In this document: positions 28,756 to 36,918 of the stretch, piece by piece | How the letters are laid out: the number at the start of each line of letters is the position of its first letter | How positions within the stretch are numbered: position 1 is the stretch's first letter | Assembly: GCA_964652255.1 (NCBI GenBank) | Contig: CAZZBM010000001.1 | Location: 235,908 to 299,907, forward strand | Length of the DNA stretch: 64,000 nt | Origin: an uncultured bacterium | GTDB lineage: Bacteria; Bdellovibrionota; Bacteriovoracia; Bacteriovoracales; CAZZBM01 | Reading direction: 5' to 3' | Made by a program: the position numbers and the translations under genes | The notes under the pieces: generated by a model | The model's input: the letters and a program-made list of their open reading frames with translations, nothing else | Database searches by the model: none | What the model was told of the DNA's origin: nothing

Positions 28756-28843
28756 GATTTTATTTTCCTCTAAAATTTCAATTCGTGTTTTTAGGTAAAA
28801 AGCTTTACTTGACAAAGAATTGAAAGAGATTTACTAGGCAAAA

Positions 28844-29332
28844 ATGACTTGGCAAGAATACTTTATGTCTCAAGCTTTACTTTGTTCTCTAAAAAGCAAG
28901 GATCCTAATACAAAAGTAGGCTGTGTTATTGTCAATGATCAACAAAGACAAGTTGCTTTAGGTTATAATGGTTTTGTTGCTGGTATCAATGAAAAAGAAC
29001 TTCCTCTTTCAAGAGATAGGTCACTCCCACTTTATGAACAAAAATATGCTTATATAGTTCATGCTGAGGCTAATGCTATTTTATATGCTCAAAGATCTCT
29101 TCAAGGATGTACTTTATATACAACTCTTTTTCCCTGTCATGAATGTGCCAAAATGATTGCCAGTGTTCAAATTAAAAAAATTTACTATTATTCTGATCTT
29201 TATCAAGGTAGTCCTGAGGATATTAGTGCTAAAAAAATGCTTGATTTAGCAGGAATTCACTATGAACAGTTGATTTTTTCTCCTGAAACTTTATCTACTA
29301 TTAGTAATTTTTTTACTCATCTTAAAGTTTAA
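28844..29332 (+). CDS. deoxycytidylate (dCMP) deaminase, ComEB-type
   Basis: 162 aa. Zinc motifs HAEANAI and PCHECAKMI, with spacing typical of dCMP deaminases. Confidence 0.8.
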   Translation: MTWQEYFMSQALLCSLKSKDPNTKVGCVIVNDQQRQVALGYNGFVAGINEKELPLSRDRSLPLYEQKYAYIVHAEANAILYAQRSLQGCTLYTTLFPCHECAKMIASVQIKKIYYYSDLYQGSPEDISAKKMLDLAGIHYEQLIFSPETLSTISNFFTHLKV

Positions 29333-29359
29333 ATTTCATCTTACCGAAATAAAGCCTAT

Positions 29360-29854
29360 ATGAAGAAAATCATTTTTCTTGCTTTATTCTCTTGTCAACC
29401 AAAAAATCAAAATTCTCCTAGTGATTCTTTTAATAATGAAGTTTTAAATGCTGCTATTCCCACAATAAAATTTCAAGAAGAAGAAAACAAAGTATTTTCT
29501 ACCCCTAATTATGATGAGGATTTTGAAATTTCTATTACCCTAATCACTTCTAATGGTTTGTTTGGAGATTTAAATTCTTTAAAAGATAAAGTAATTTGTA
29601 CAAATTGTACTATAAAAAGTTTATCTTCAGCTGAAAGTACAATGAGTGAAACAAAGTATGAAATAATTCTAACAGCTAATCCAGGTGTTTTTAATCTTTT
29701 TATTAAAAATAATACTTTGCCCTACCAAAATGAAAAGTTTTATCCTCAAGACTTAAGTTCAAATTATCAATTTATTACCACTGGCGGAGTAACACCTTCT
29801 GATGAGTCTTTACCTGAACCTATTGCAGAGTTAGATGAAGAAGATTATTCTTAA
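29360..29854 (+). CDS. small lipoprotein carrying the CTNC domain of the large lipoprotein family
   Basis: N-terminus MKKIIFLALFSC-QPK (lipobox). KVICTNCTIKSLSS...YEIILTANPGVFNLFI parallels DLICTNCEIKSITP...FNVEILPLYTGQLVNLNF of the 11567 gene. Confidence 0.6.
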   Translation: MKKIIFLALFSCQPKNQNSPSDSFNNEVLNAAIPTIKFQEEENKVFSTPNYDEDFEISITLITSNGLFGDLNSLKDKVICTNCTIKSLSSAESTMSETKYEIILTANPGVFNLFIKNNTLPYQNEKFYPQDLSSNYQFITTGGVTPSDESLPEPIAELDEEDYS

Positions 29855-29858
29855 ATAA

Positions 29859-30098
29859 GTGAAGATTATTTCAAAAGAAATTTTTATTCAGAAACTTTTA
29901 CAACCAGGAATTTTTTCTCTTATTGATTGTTCTAGAAATCCATTAAATTTAAAAAATACTCAAATATATTCAAAAAGTCATCAATATGATGAGGAGAGAA
30001 CAATTTTTTTTTCTTTTGACGAGAAACTCAATCTTCAAAAAGGATATTTTTTTTATTCTTTAGAAAAAGATTTTTTTAAAAAAAATTTCTCAGCTTAA
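29859..30098 (+). CDS. hypothetical protein (weak call)
   Basis: 79-aa ORF with a GTG start and no motif. Overlaps the convergent ABC exporter stop by 9 nt. Confidence 0.3.
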   Translation: MKIISKEIFIQKLLQPGIFSLIDCSRNPLNLKNTQIYSKSHQYDEERTIFFSFDEKLNLQKGYFFYSLEKDFFKKNFSA

Positions 30099-31835
30099 GA
30101 GAAAGCCTCCTACTTGCGCATCCCAAAGACTTTTATAATAGGGTCCATTTTTTAATAAGTATTCATGAGACCCTTCTTCTATAATTTTTCCTTCTTTAAA
30201 AACAAGAATTCTATCCATTTTCATGAGGGTTGAGAGCCTATGGGCAATGACAATAACAGTTTTATCTTTTAAAAAAGACCAAAGATTTTTATTCATAGAT
30301 TCTTCTGTAAGAGAATCTAGTTGAGAAGTTGCTTCATCAAGAATAAAAATAGGAGCATTTTTTAAAATTGCTCTTGCAATAGCTAATCTTTGTTTTTGCC
30401 CTCCTGAAAGTTTAAATCCTTTTTCTCCTACAAGAGTTTCATATTGTTTAGGAGTTTTCATGATAAAATCATGAGCTTCAGCTTTTTTAGCAGCTTCCAT
30501 AACTTCTTCTAAAGAGAACTTATCATAAGCAATATTATCAAAGATAGTTCTATTAAAAACAGAAGGTTCTTGTGGAATAAAGCTAATAGACTTTTTTAAA
30601 AATTCTTCTTTTAAATCACTAATACTTTGATCATCAATGAGAATTTTACCTTCTTTGAGATTAAAAAATCTTAAAATAAGATGAACAAAAGTTGTTTTTC
30701 CACTACCAGAATGACCTACCAATCCAACTTTTTCGCCACCTTTAATAAAAACATTTTTTCCTTGAAATAAATTCATTTGATCATAGGAAAAATTCACATT
30801 ATTAAAGGCAATAGATCCTTTTTTTATTTTTAAAGAGCTTTTTCCATCAATAATTTCTAGAGGCTTATAAAAAAGAGATACTGAAGCTTTAATCATACCA
30901 TAAGCATCTGTAAATCTAATAATATCTCGACTAAAATGCCATAAAATATTATTAAAATTTTGATTTAAAGTGAGAACAAAAATAATATCACCCAAGGTAA
31001 CTTCTTTTTCATAATAACCTTTAATAAGGAAGTATAGACAAAGAAATTGATAAGTAAAAAAAACTATTTGTTGAAAATTAGTTAAAATCAGCTGTTGAAA
31101 AAAACCTTTTTTATAAACTTTTTTTTGATAATCACTAAAGATTTCTTGGAGTGAAGAAACTTCTCTTTTTTCCATGGTAAAGAGTTTAATAGTGAAGATA
31201 TTTTGAAAAATATCCACAAGATATCCCATAATTTTTGATCTAGATCTTGAAACTTCTTCATTAAGTTGAGCCAAATGTTTTGCTGAAAGAAGCATAGATA
31301 AAATAAAGATAAAAATCCAAAAAAACATCATATAAGAGAAAAAGGGTTTTACTGTTTTTAAAGTACTGAAAGCAACAATAAAGGAGATAAAAATAGGTAA
31401 TATATCGTTAATAGTAATATTAATAAGATCAGCTACTCCGGACATACTTTCTCTAATTCTATTGGTCATAGATCCAGAAAATTGATTTTGAAAAAAACCA
31501 TAAGAGTGTTTAAAAGATTGTTCTAGAAGATTTTTTACTACAGATTTTCTTAGCTGTGGATCCACTTTAAACCCTAAGTAGTCATGAATTCTATAAAGAA
31601 TTAAAAGAACAAAATAGGAAAGAAGAAAAATAGTGACTAATAAAATTAACTTCGATGTTAAGAAGGTTGTAGAACCAATTTCATCAAAAATTTTTTTCAA
31701 TAAAAAAGGTCTTATACTCAGATCTAAAGCCCATAAAAGAGAGATTAAGCCTTGAATAAAAAGAGTCTTTTTAAACTCTTTTGCTGACATTAAAAGAAAT
31801 TTAAAAACACTCATAAATTGAACTTTTTTTATCAT
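30090..31835 (-). CDS. ABC exporter, fused permease/ATPase (MsbA/MdlB-like half transporter)
   Basis: 581 aa. Six-TM N-terminal half. Walker A GHSGSGKTT, signature LSGGQKQRLAIARA, Walker B FILDEATS. Confidence 0.85.
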   Translation of the reverse strand: MIKKVQFMSVFKFLLMSAKEFKKTLFIQGLISLLWALDLSIRPFLLKKIFDEIGSTTFLTSKLILLVTIFLLSYFVLLILYRIHDYLGFKVDPQLRKSVVKNLLEQSFKHSYGFFQNQFSGSMTNRIRESMSGVADLINITINDILPIFISFIVAFSTLKTVKPFFSYMMFFWIFIFILSMLLSAKHLAQLNEEVSRSRSKIMGYLVDIFQNIFTIKLFTMEKREVSSLQEIFSDYQKKVYKKGFFQQLILTNFQQIVFFTYQFLCLYFLIKGYYEKEVTLGDIIFVLTLNQNFNNILWHFSRDIIRFTDAYGMIKASVSLFYKPLEIIDGKSSLKIKKGSIAFNNVNFSYDQMNLFQGKNVFIKGGEKVGLVGHSGSGKTTFVHLILRFFNLKEGKILIDDQSISDLKEEFLKKSISFIPQEPSVFNRTIFDNIAYDKFSLEEVMEAAKKAEAHDFIMKTPKQYETLVGEKGFKLSGGQKQRLAIARAILKNAPIFILDEATSQLDSLTEESMNKNLWSFLKDKTVIVIAHRLSTLMKMDRILVFKEGKIIEEGSHEYLLKNGPYYKSLWDAQVGGFLLS

Positions 31836-31847
31836 AAAAAAGGTTAC

Positions 31848-31876
31848 TTGCCAAAGACTCTATGTCATGTTAATCA
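31848..31876 (+). promoter_or_regulatory. candidate sigma70-type promoter for the cold-shock gene
   Basis: TTGCCA-17 nt-TAATCA lies about 37 nt upstream of the csp ATG. By-eye match only. Confidence 0.3.
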
Positions 31877-31912
31877 ATGATCTTAATAAAAAACATAAAG
31901 GAAATATACTTA

Positions 31913-32116
31913 ATGAAAACAGGTAAAGTAAAATGGTTTAATAACGAAAAAGGTTATGGGTTTATTCTAAGTGATGATGATGGTAAGGATGTTTTTGTTC
32001 ATAAAACAGCTTTACAAGAAGCGAATCTGTCTCATCTTAATGATGGTCAAAAGATTTCTTTTGATCTCTCAGAAAGAAATGGTCGAGTTTCAGCTATCAA
32101 TTTAAAGTTAATCTAA
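31913..32116 (+). CDS. cold-shock domain protein (CspA family)
   Basis: MKTGKVKWFNNEKGYGFI (RNP1 KGYGFI) and VFVHKTAL (RNP2-like). 67 aa from the internal ATG; the track ORF adds 12 unlikely N-terminal residues. Confidence 0.9.
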   Translation: MKTGKVKWFNNEKGYGFILSDDDGKDVFVHKTALQEANLSHLNDGQKISFDLSERNGRVSAINLKLI

Positions 32117-32451
32117 CCTTTAAATTTTTTCTTTTCTTCTTGTTGAGCTTTTTGTTGCTCTTCTTTTTGAAAAGAAAGAATTTTAGCTTCTTTACTAGCT
32201 TCTTTTTTTCTTTGTTTCAAAGCAAAATAAGCTAGTAAAGATAAGGCTATAGCACCCATAGTTCCAAGAAGATAAAGAGTTGTTGTATTTGCTACTTCTA
32301 TTGAAGATTCTTGAACAACAAATCCATTTGCTTGTAATTGGTTTTTAAGTTGAGCTCTTTGCTCTGCTGTTTGACTGGGACTATAATCAAGAATAATTTT
32401 TTTCTCTACAGCTGGTTCTCTTTCAATTGACCATAAAATCCATAAGATCAT
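32113..32451 (-). CDS. hypothetical membrane protein with Lys/Glu-rich tail
   Basis: 112 aa with one TM helix (LLGTMGAIALSLLAYFAL) and no motif. Confidence 0.45.
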   Translation of the reverse strand: MILWILWSIEREPAVEKKIILDYSPSQTAEQRAQLKNQLQANGFVVQESSIEVANTTTLYLLGTMGAIALSLLAYFALKQRKKEASKEAKILSFQKEEQQKAQQEEKKKFKG

Positions 32452-32493
32452 AGAGATATTATACCTAATGTTTTATTATTTTACAAAAAGCTT

Positions 32494-32943
32494 ATGATGA
32501 ACTTATTAGAAGATTTTTTATGGAGAATAAAAAGAATTAAAAACGAACCGGATTTACCTATTTTTGCAGCTATTTATAAAGATAATAAGCTTTTAAGCTT
32601 AGCGAGCAATTTCAAGGAAAGGGGTCAAGTTTCTTTTTATCATGCTGAGATCCTAGCCATTAAAGAAGCTTCTTTAAAATTACAAAATTGGAGATTATCA
32701 AAATGTACTCTTATCACCAATCTTTGTCCCTGTGACTTGTGTTTAGAGGCTATTGAAGAGTCTAGAATTGAAAAAGTTTATTTTTTAGCCTATAGAAAGA
32801 AGAAGATTACTAAAAAATACTCTTTTAGTTTAATGGGTGGATTTTTTCATTTAGAACAAGAAGAGCGTTTAAAAAAGTTTTTTAAAGATTTAAGGGAAAG
32901 TTGTCCGAGTGGTTTAAGGAGCACGCTTGGAAAGCGTGTATAG
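32494..32943 (+). CDS. tadA: tRNA-specific adenosine deaminase
   Basis: Zinc motifs HAEILAIKEA and CPCDLCLEAI. 149 aa. The last 49 nt of the ORF, including the stop, lie inside the tRNA-Ser gene. Confidence 0.8.
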   Translation: MMNLLEDFLWRIKRIKNEPDLPIFAAIYKDNKLLSLASNFKERGQVSFYHAEILAIKEASLKLQNWRLSKCTLITNLCPCDLCLEAIEESRIEKVYFLAYRKKKITKKYSFSLMGGFFHLEQEERLKKFFKDLRESCPSGLRSTLGKRV

Positions 32944-32985
32944 GTTTATAGCCTATCGAGGGTTCGAATCCCTCACTTTCCGCCA
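32895..32985 (+). tRNA. tRNA-Ser (anticodon GGA)
   Basis: Acceptor GGAAAGT/ACTTTCC, anticodon stem-loop CACGC-TTGGAAA-GCGTG, long variable arm (ATAGG...CCTAT), T-arm GAGGG-TTCGAAT-CCCTC, encoded CCA. Confidence 0.9.
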
Positions 32986-33073
32986 GAGAGATAGCTATGA
33001 GCTGCTCATGCATCATTGCAGTTTTTAGTTATGGTCAAAGAGGAAAAAATTTTAAAAAAAGCTTTAAGTTTTC

Positions 33074-35020
33074 TTAATCTCTTTTATTCAAACTTTGAAT
33101 AAAAGCATTAACTGTGTATTCTTCATCTAAAAAGTTGTTAACAAGATCATTAGGATCTTCATTATTACCTTGAGAAAAAATAGTCTCTTTAAGTTTTTTT
33201 CCCATATTAGAATCTAAATAATTATCTTTAAACCTTTCATGTAGAGCTTCAACAATAATTTCAGACCAAAGATAAGAATAGTAAGCTGCAGAATAACCTC
33301 CAAAAAGATGACCAAAGGTATAAAGAGTTGTAAGATCTTTTTCTTTTACAGGAAGAACTTCATTGTTAAGATCTTGGAAAAGTTTTTGAGGATCATTAGC
33401 TCCTTTTCCTTGAAATAATTTTAAATCTGCTTCTGCCATTTTAATCTGTTTTAAGTATTTAAAAGATTTTAAAAAATTTAAAGATTTATGTAATTTATTA
33501 AATAAATCTTCTGATAAAACTTCTTTAGTTTTATAGTGTATAGCAAAACTTTTTACTAGATCATAATTTTGAAGCCATCTTTCTAAAAGTTGAGAGGGAA
33601 CTTCAACAAAATCTCTTTTAACCTGAGTCCCAGAAAGAGCATAATATTGAGTTTTAGAAAAAAGAGTATGTAATGCGTGTCCAAGTTCATGAAAAAGAGT
33701 ATTGACTTGATCAAAAGAAAGAAGAGAGGGTTCATTTTCTGAACTTCTTTGAAAATTTCCAACAATAGCACAGTAAGCAGGAGAATGTTCTTGTTGATTT
33801 CTTCTGCTGTGTTTTAGAGTGAACTGAGCAAAATGTCCGTATTTTTCATTAGCTGGTCTTGGAAATAAATCTAGATAAAGAGAACCTAAAAAAAGACCAT
33901 TTTCATCTTGATCATAAAATTTTACCTCATAAACAAGATCTGTTGTCCAAGAAGATTTTATTTCTTTAAATTCATAGCGATAATTAAACAGTTGAGAAAA
34001 AATTTTCAACATTCCTTCTAAACTTGTTTTCATTTCAAAATATTTTCTGATCTCTAAAGGATCCACTTGATAATGTTTTTCATTATAAAGTCTTTTATAA
34101 TAGGCAATATCCCATATATTGATATCACTTAAGTTAAATTCTTTTTTTAGTGCATTTAATTCTTGTTGAAATTTTTCTTTTAATTGATTAAAAATTTTAT
34201 CTTGTTGCTCAATGACATTTTCAGGATTTTTAGCCATGTTATTTTTTAAGTTATAAGCAGTATAATTTTCATGTCCTAAAGCCTGAGCATATTTTTGTTG
34301 TTCTTTTAAAAAAAGAATAAAATTATCTTTATTGCTCATTCCTCTTTTATTAGCTGCCAAGTAAAAGGCTTTTCTTTCTTTTTGATTTTGAGCAAAATCC
34401 ATAACTCCTTGAGTATCAGTCATAAAAGCAGGATTTAAACCTGTTTTATTTTTTTCTTTTAAATGAGGTGGTAAGCCTGTATCATCTTGAAGTTTATGAG
34501 TTAAAGTATTAGACTGAGCTAATCCTTGATCAAGTTTATCTGAAAGATCTTTAATCGTTAAAGATATTGTTTGTATATCTGGATAATTATTTAAATGAAG
34601 ACCTCTTTCTTCTAAAGATTTCTTGCTTTCTTGAACATATCTTTGTGTTGTTAGATCTAAATTTTGAACTTGAGAAGCTCTTAAAAAAAAATCATAGAAT
34701 TGTTTGGTTTGAATTTTTTCTACATAAAATTTGAAAAGATCTTGTTCAAAGACTAATCCTTTTTCTCTAATCTTTTTATCATCATGGACTGATTTTAAAA
34801 AATAAGCATAATTCATCTGAGAAGAAAAATCTTCTAAAGTTTCATCTAGTAATTTAAGAGATTCTTTAGAAATATCTTGAGAATAAATTTCTTGTAAGAT
34901 TTTTTCTGTTTTTGTTTTAATATCATGAGCTTGGTCTAAAAAAGATAAATCATGGATATTCATAGTTTTTTTTATAGAATAACTAGCACAACCTGTCATG
35001 AGTAAAAAAAATAATTTCAT
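33074..35020 (-). CDS. M3-family zinc oligopeptidase (Dcp / oligopeptidase A-like), lipoprotein
   Basis: 648 aa. HELGHALH zinc motif in a FHELGH context typical of M3. N-terminus MKLFFLLMTGC (lipobox). Confidence 0.8.
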   Translation of the reverse strand: MKLFFLLMTGCASYSIKKTMNIHDLSFLDQAHDIKTKTEKILQEIYSQDISKESLKLLDETLEDFSSQMNYAYFLKSVHDDKKIREKGLVFEQDLFKFYVEKIQTKQFYDFFLRASQVQNLDLTTQRYVQESKKSLEERGLHLNNYPDIQTISLTIKDLSDKLDQGLAQSNTLTHKLQDDTGLPPHLKEKNKTGLNPAFMTDTQGVMDFAQNQKERKAFYLAANKRGMSNKDNFILFLKEQQKYAQALGHENYTAYNLKNNMAKNPENVIEQQDKIFNQLKEKFQQELNALKKEFNLSDINIWDIAYYKRLYNEKHYQVDPLEIRKYFEMKTSLEGMLKIFSQLFNYRYEFKEIKSSWTTDLVYEVKFYDQDENGLFLGSLYLDLFPRPANEKYGHFAQFTLKHSRRNQQEHSPAYCAIVGNFQRSSENEPSLLSFDQVNTLFHELGHALHTLFSKTQYYALSGTQVKRDFVEVPSQLLERWLQNYDLVKSFAIHYKTKEVLSEDLFNKLHKSLNFLKSFKYLKQIKMAEADLKLFQGKGANDPQKLFQDLNNEVLPVKEKDLTTLYTFGHLFGGYSAAYYSYLWSEIIVEALHERFKDNYLDSNMGKKLKETIFSQGNNEDPNDLVNNFLDEEYTVNAFIQSLNKRD

Positions 35021-35061
35021 GAAAAGTTTTATAGCAAAAAAAAAAACTCTTTGCCTAGAAT

Positions 35062-35589
35062 TTAAATGGCATCAGATTCAGATTCTATGTAAGCTAGAGG
35101 ATCAACGACTTCTTCATTTTTTCTCATTTCAAAGTGAAGATGAGGTCCAGTAGATCTTCCTGTGCTTCCCATGTAGGCAATCTTATCGCCTTGATAAACA
35201 TGATCACCTTTTTTCACTAAGTTCAATGAATTATGTGCATAAATTGTGATAAAAGAATCAAAATGTTTGACTATAACTATTTTACCATAGCCATTCATTC
35301 TACCAGAAAAAATAACAACACCATCTTTAGCAGCAACAATAGGAGTTTTTCTAGGATCTAAACCATTTTTATTAGGTCCAATATCAAGACCTTTATGAAT
35401 TCTAATTTTTTTTCCAAATTTTCTTTTAGCATTAAAGTGTGAAGTGACTCGGCGAGACTCTGGTACCGGCCATATAAAACCAGCTTTATTAAGCTCTTGT
35501 TCTTCTTGAGAGAGAGGGAGATCATCTTTTGTAATAGTTTTATTTCTAACAGAGAAACAAGAGAAGAAAAGAAGAAATAAAAACTTCAT
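35062..35589 (-). CDS. M23-family (LytM-type) peptidoglycan endopeptidase, lipoprotein
   Basis: HKGLDI and GSTGRSTGPHLHFE motifs. ATG 35589 gives MKFLFLLFFSC; the track ORF starts at TTG 35607. Confidence 0.85.
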   Translation of the reverse strand: MKFLFLLFFSCFSVRNKTITKDDLPLSQEEQELNKAGFIWPVPESRRVTSHFNAKRKFGKKIRIHKGLDIGPNKNGLDPRKTPIVAAKDGVVIFSGRMNGYGKIVIVKHFDSFITIYAHNSLNLVKKGDHVYQGDKIAYMGSTGRSTGPHLHFEMRKNEEVVDPLAYIESESDAI

Positions 35590-35616
35590 AGATTCATTAA
35601 AGTACAAAAAAAATTT

Positions 35617-36450
35617 TTAGTCAAATTTAGAAGAAAAGAATTCAAAAGAGTATGTTAAAAATTTTTTTAAATTTTTTCTTTCAACAATTTTATCAATCAA
35701 TCCTTTTTCTAGTAAAAATTCACTTCTTTGAAATCCTTCTGGTAGTTTTTGTTTTAAGCTTTGTTCAATCACTCTTGGTCCAGCAAATCCAATCAAAGCT
35801 TTTGGTTCAGCAATAATAAGATCTCCTTGAAAAGCAAAGCTTGCTGCGACACCTCCTGTTGTTGGATGTGTTAAAAGTGAAAGATAAAAAATTTTTTCTT
35901 GTCTGAGTTGAGATCTTACTACTGAAATTTTTCCCATTTGCATAAGAGAAAATAATCCTTCTTGCATTCTTGCTCCACCTGAAGCATTCAAAATAAAAGC
36001 AGGAATTTTTTCTTTGAGAGAAAGTTCAAAAGTTCTTGCAATTTTTTCTCCCATGATAGTTCCCATAGATCCTCCTAAATAAGAAAAATCTAGACAACAA
36101 GCGCTAATTCTTTGATTGCCAATTCTACCTATACCTCTAACAGCAGAGTCAAATCTTTTAAATTTTTCATAGGATTGATTGAGCCGTAGATCATAATCGA
36201 TAAAACTTAAGGGATTTGATGTTTTAAGATCTTGATCTTTTTCTTCAAAATCATCAAACAGATTTTTAATTCTTTCCTGAAGAGGCATTAGATGGTAAAA
36301 ATCACAATGATAGCAAACATAAAGATGATTTTGAAATTTTTCTTTATCTAGAATTTTTTGGCAATTTTTACAAAAAGTAGCTTTTACTTTATTTCTTTTA
36401 TCTTCCAAATAAATGTTTCTTTTATTAGGCAAGTAGGCAATATAGGACAT
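35617..36450 (-). CDS. accD: acetyl-CoA carboxylase carboxyltransferase beta subunit
   Basis: N-terminal zinc ribbon CKNCQKIL...CYHCDFY. Carboxyltransferase motifs GGSMG and SGGARMQEG. ATG 36450 is preferred over the TTG at 36486. Confidence 0.88.
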   Translation of the reverse strand: MSYIAYLPNKRNIYLEDKRNKVKATFCKNCQKILDKEKFQNHLYVCYHCDFYHLMPLQERIKNLFDDFEEKDQDLKTSNPLSFIDYDLRLNQSYEKFKRFDSAVRGIGRIGNQRISACCLDFSYLGGSMGTIMGEKIARTFELSLKEKIPAFILNASGGARMQEGLFSLMQMGKISVVRSQLRQEKIFYLSLLTHPTTGGVAASFAFQGDLIIAEPKALIGFAGPRVIEQSLKQKLPEGFQRSEFLLEKGLIDKIVERKNLKKFLTYSFEFFSSKFD

Positions 36451-36551
36451 AAAGAAGAACTTATAAAAAGCTTCTTTATAAATCAATAGGTCTTTTTCTA
36501 GAATTTTTTACCTTTTAACTCTCTTTTAGAAGATGGTTTTAAACTTATTCT

Positions 36552-36866
36552 ATGAGTCTTTCTACAAAGATTTTTCAGGAAAATCGTTTCTTAGTCGTAA
36601 AGTTAATTGGTCAACTTAATTATTCCTTTGCTATACCTTTAAGAAAATCTCTTTTAGAAGCTGTGACAAATTCTAATTTTGAAAAAATTTATTTAGATCT
36701 TTCAGAGGTAGAGTTTGTCGGTTCTTCTGGAATTTTACATTTTGTAGAGACCATTAAGACAATTTTTACCATTGCACCTAAAAAAATAGGTATTAAAAAG
36801 ATCCAACCAGAATTTGTTCAGATATTTAAAATCTATAATTTACACCTTGTAGAAGAAAAAGATTAG
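36552..36866 (+). CDS. STAS-domain protein (anti-sigma-factor antagonist-like)
   Basis: 104 aa. LDLSEVEFVGSSGI is the typical STAS core with the phosphorylatable Ser position. No partner kinase or phosphatase is adjacent. Confidence 0.6.
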   Translation: MSLSTKIFQENRFLVVKLIGQLNYSFAIPLRKSLLEAVTNSNFEKIYLDLSEVEFVGSSGILHFVETIKTIFTIAPKKIGIKKIQPEFVQIFKIYNLHLVEEKD

Positions 36867-36918
36867 AGAAAATTTTTCTTTTTTCTGTAAAAAAAATCTT
36901 TTCTATAAAATAAAAAAG

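Noticed and set aside
31877-31912. 12-codon N-terminal extension of the cold-shock protein ORF
   Set aside because: CspA-family proteins begin at the M-x-x-G-x-V-K-W-F motif. The internal ATG at 31913 with an upstream AAGGA fits, and the extension is not typical.
36552-36866. STAS protein as part of a partner-switching (RsbV/RsbW-like) module
   Set aside because: No anti-sigma kinase, PP2C phosphatase or sigma factor is adjacent. With a single small gene, nothing beyond the domain call can be supported.
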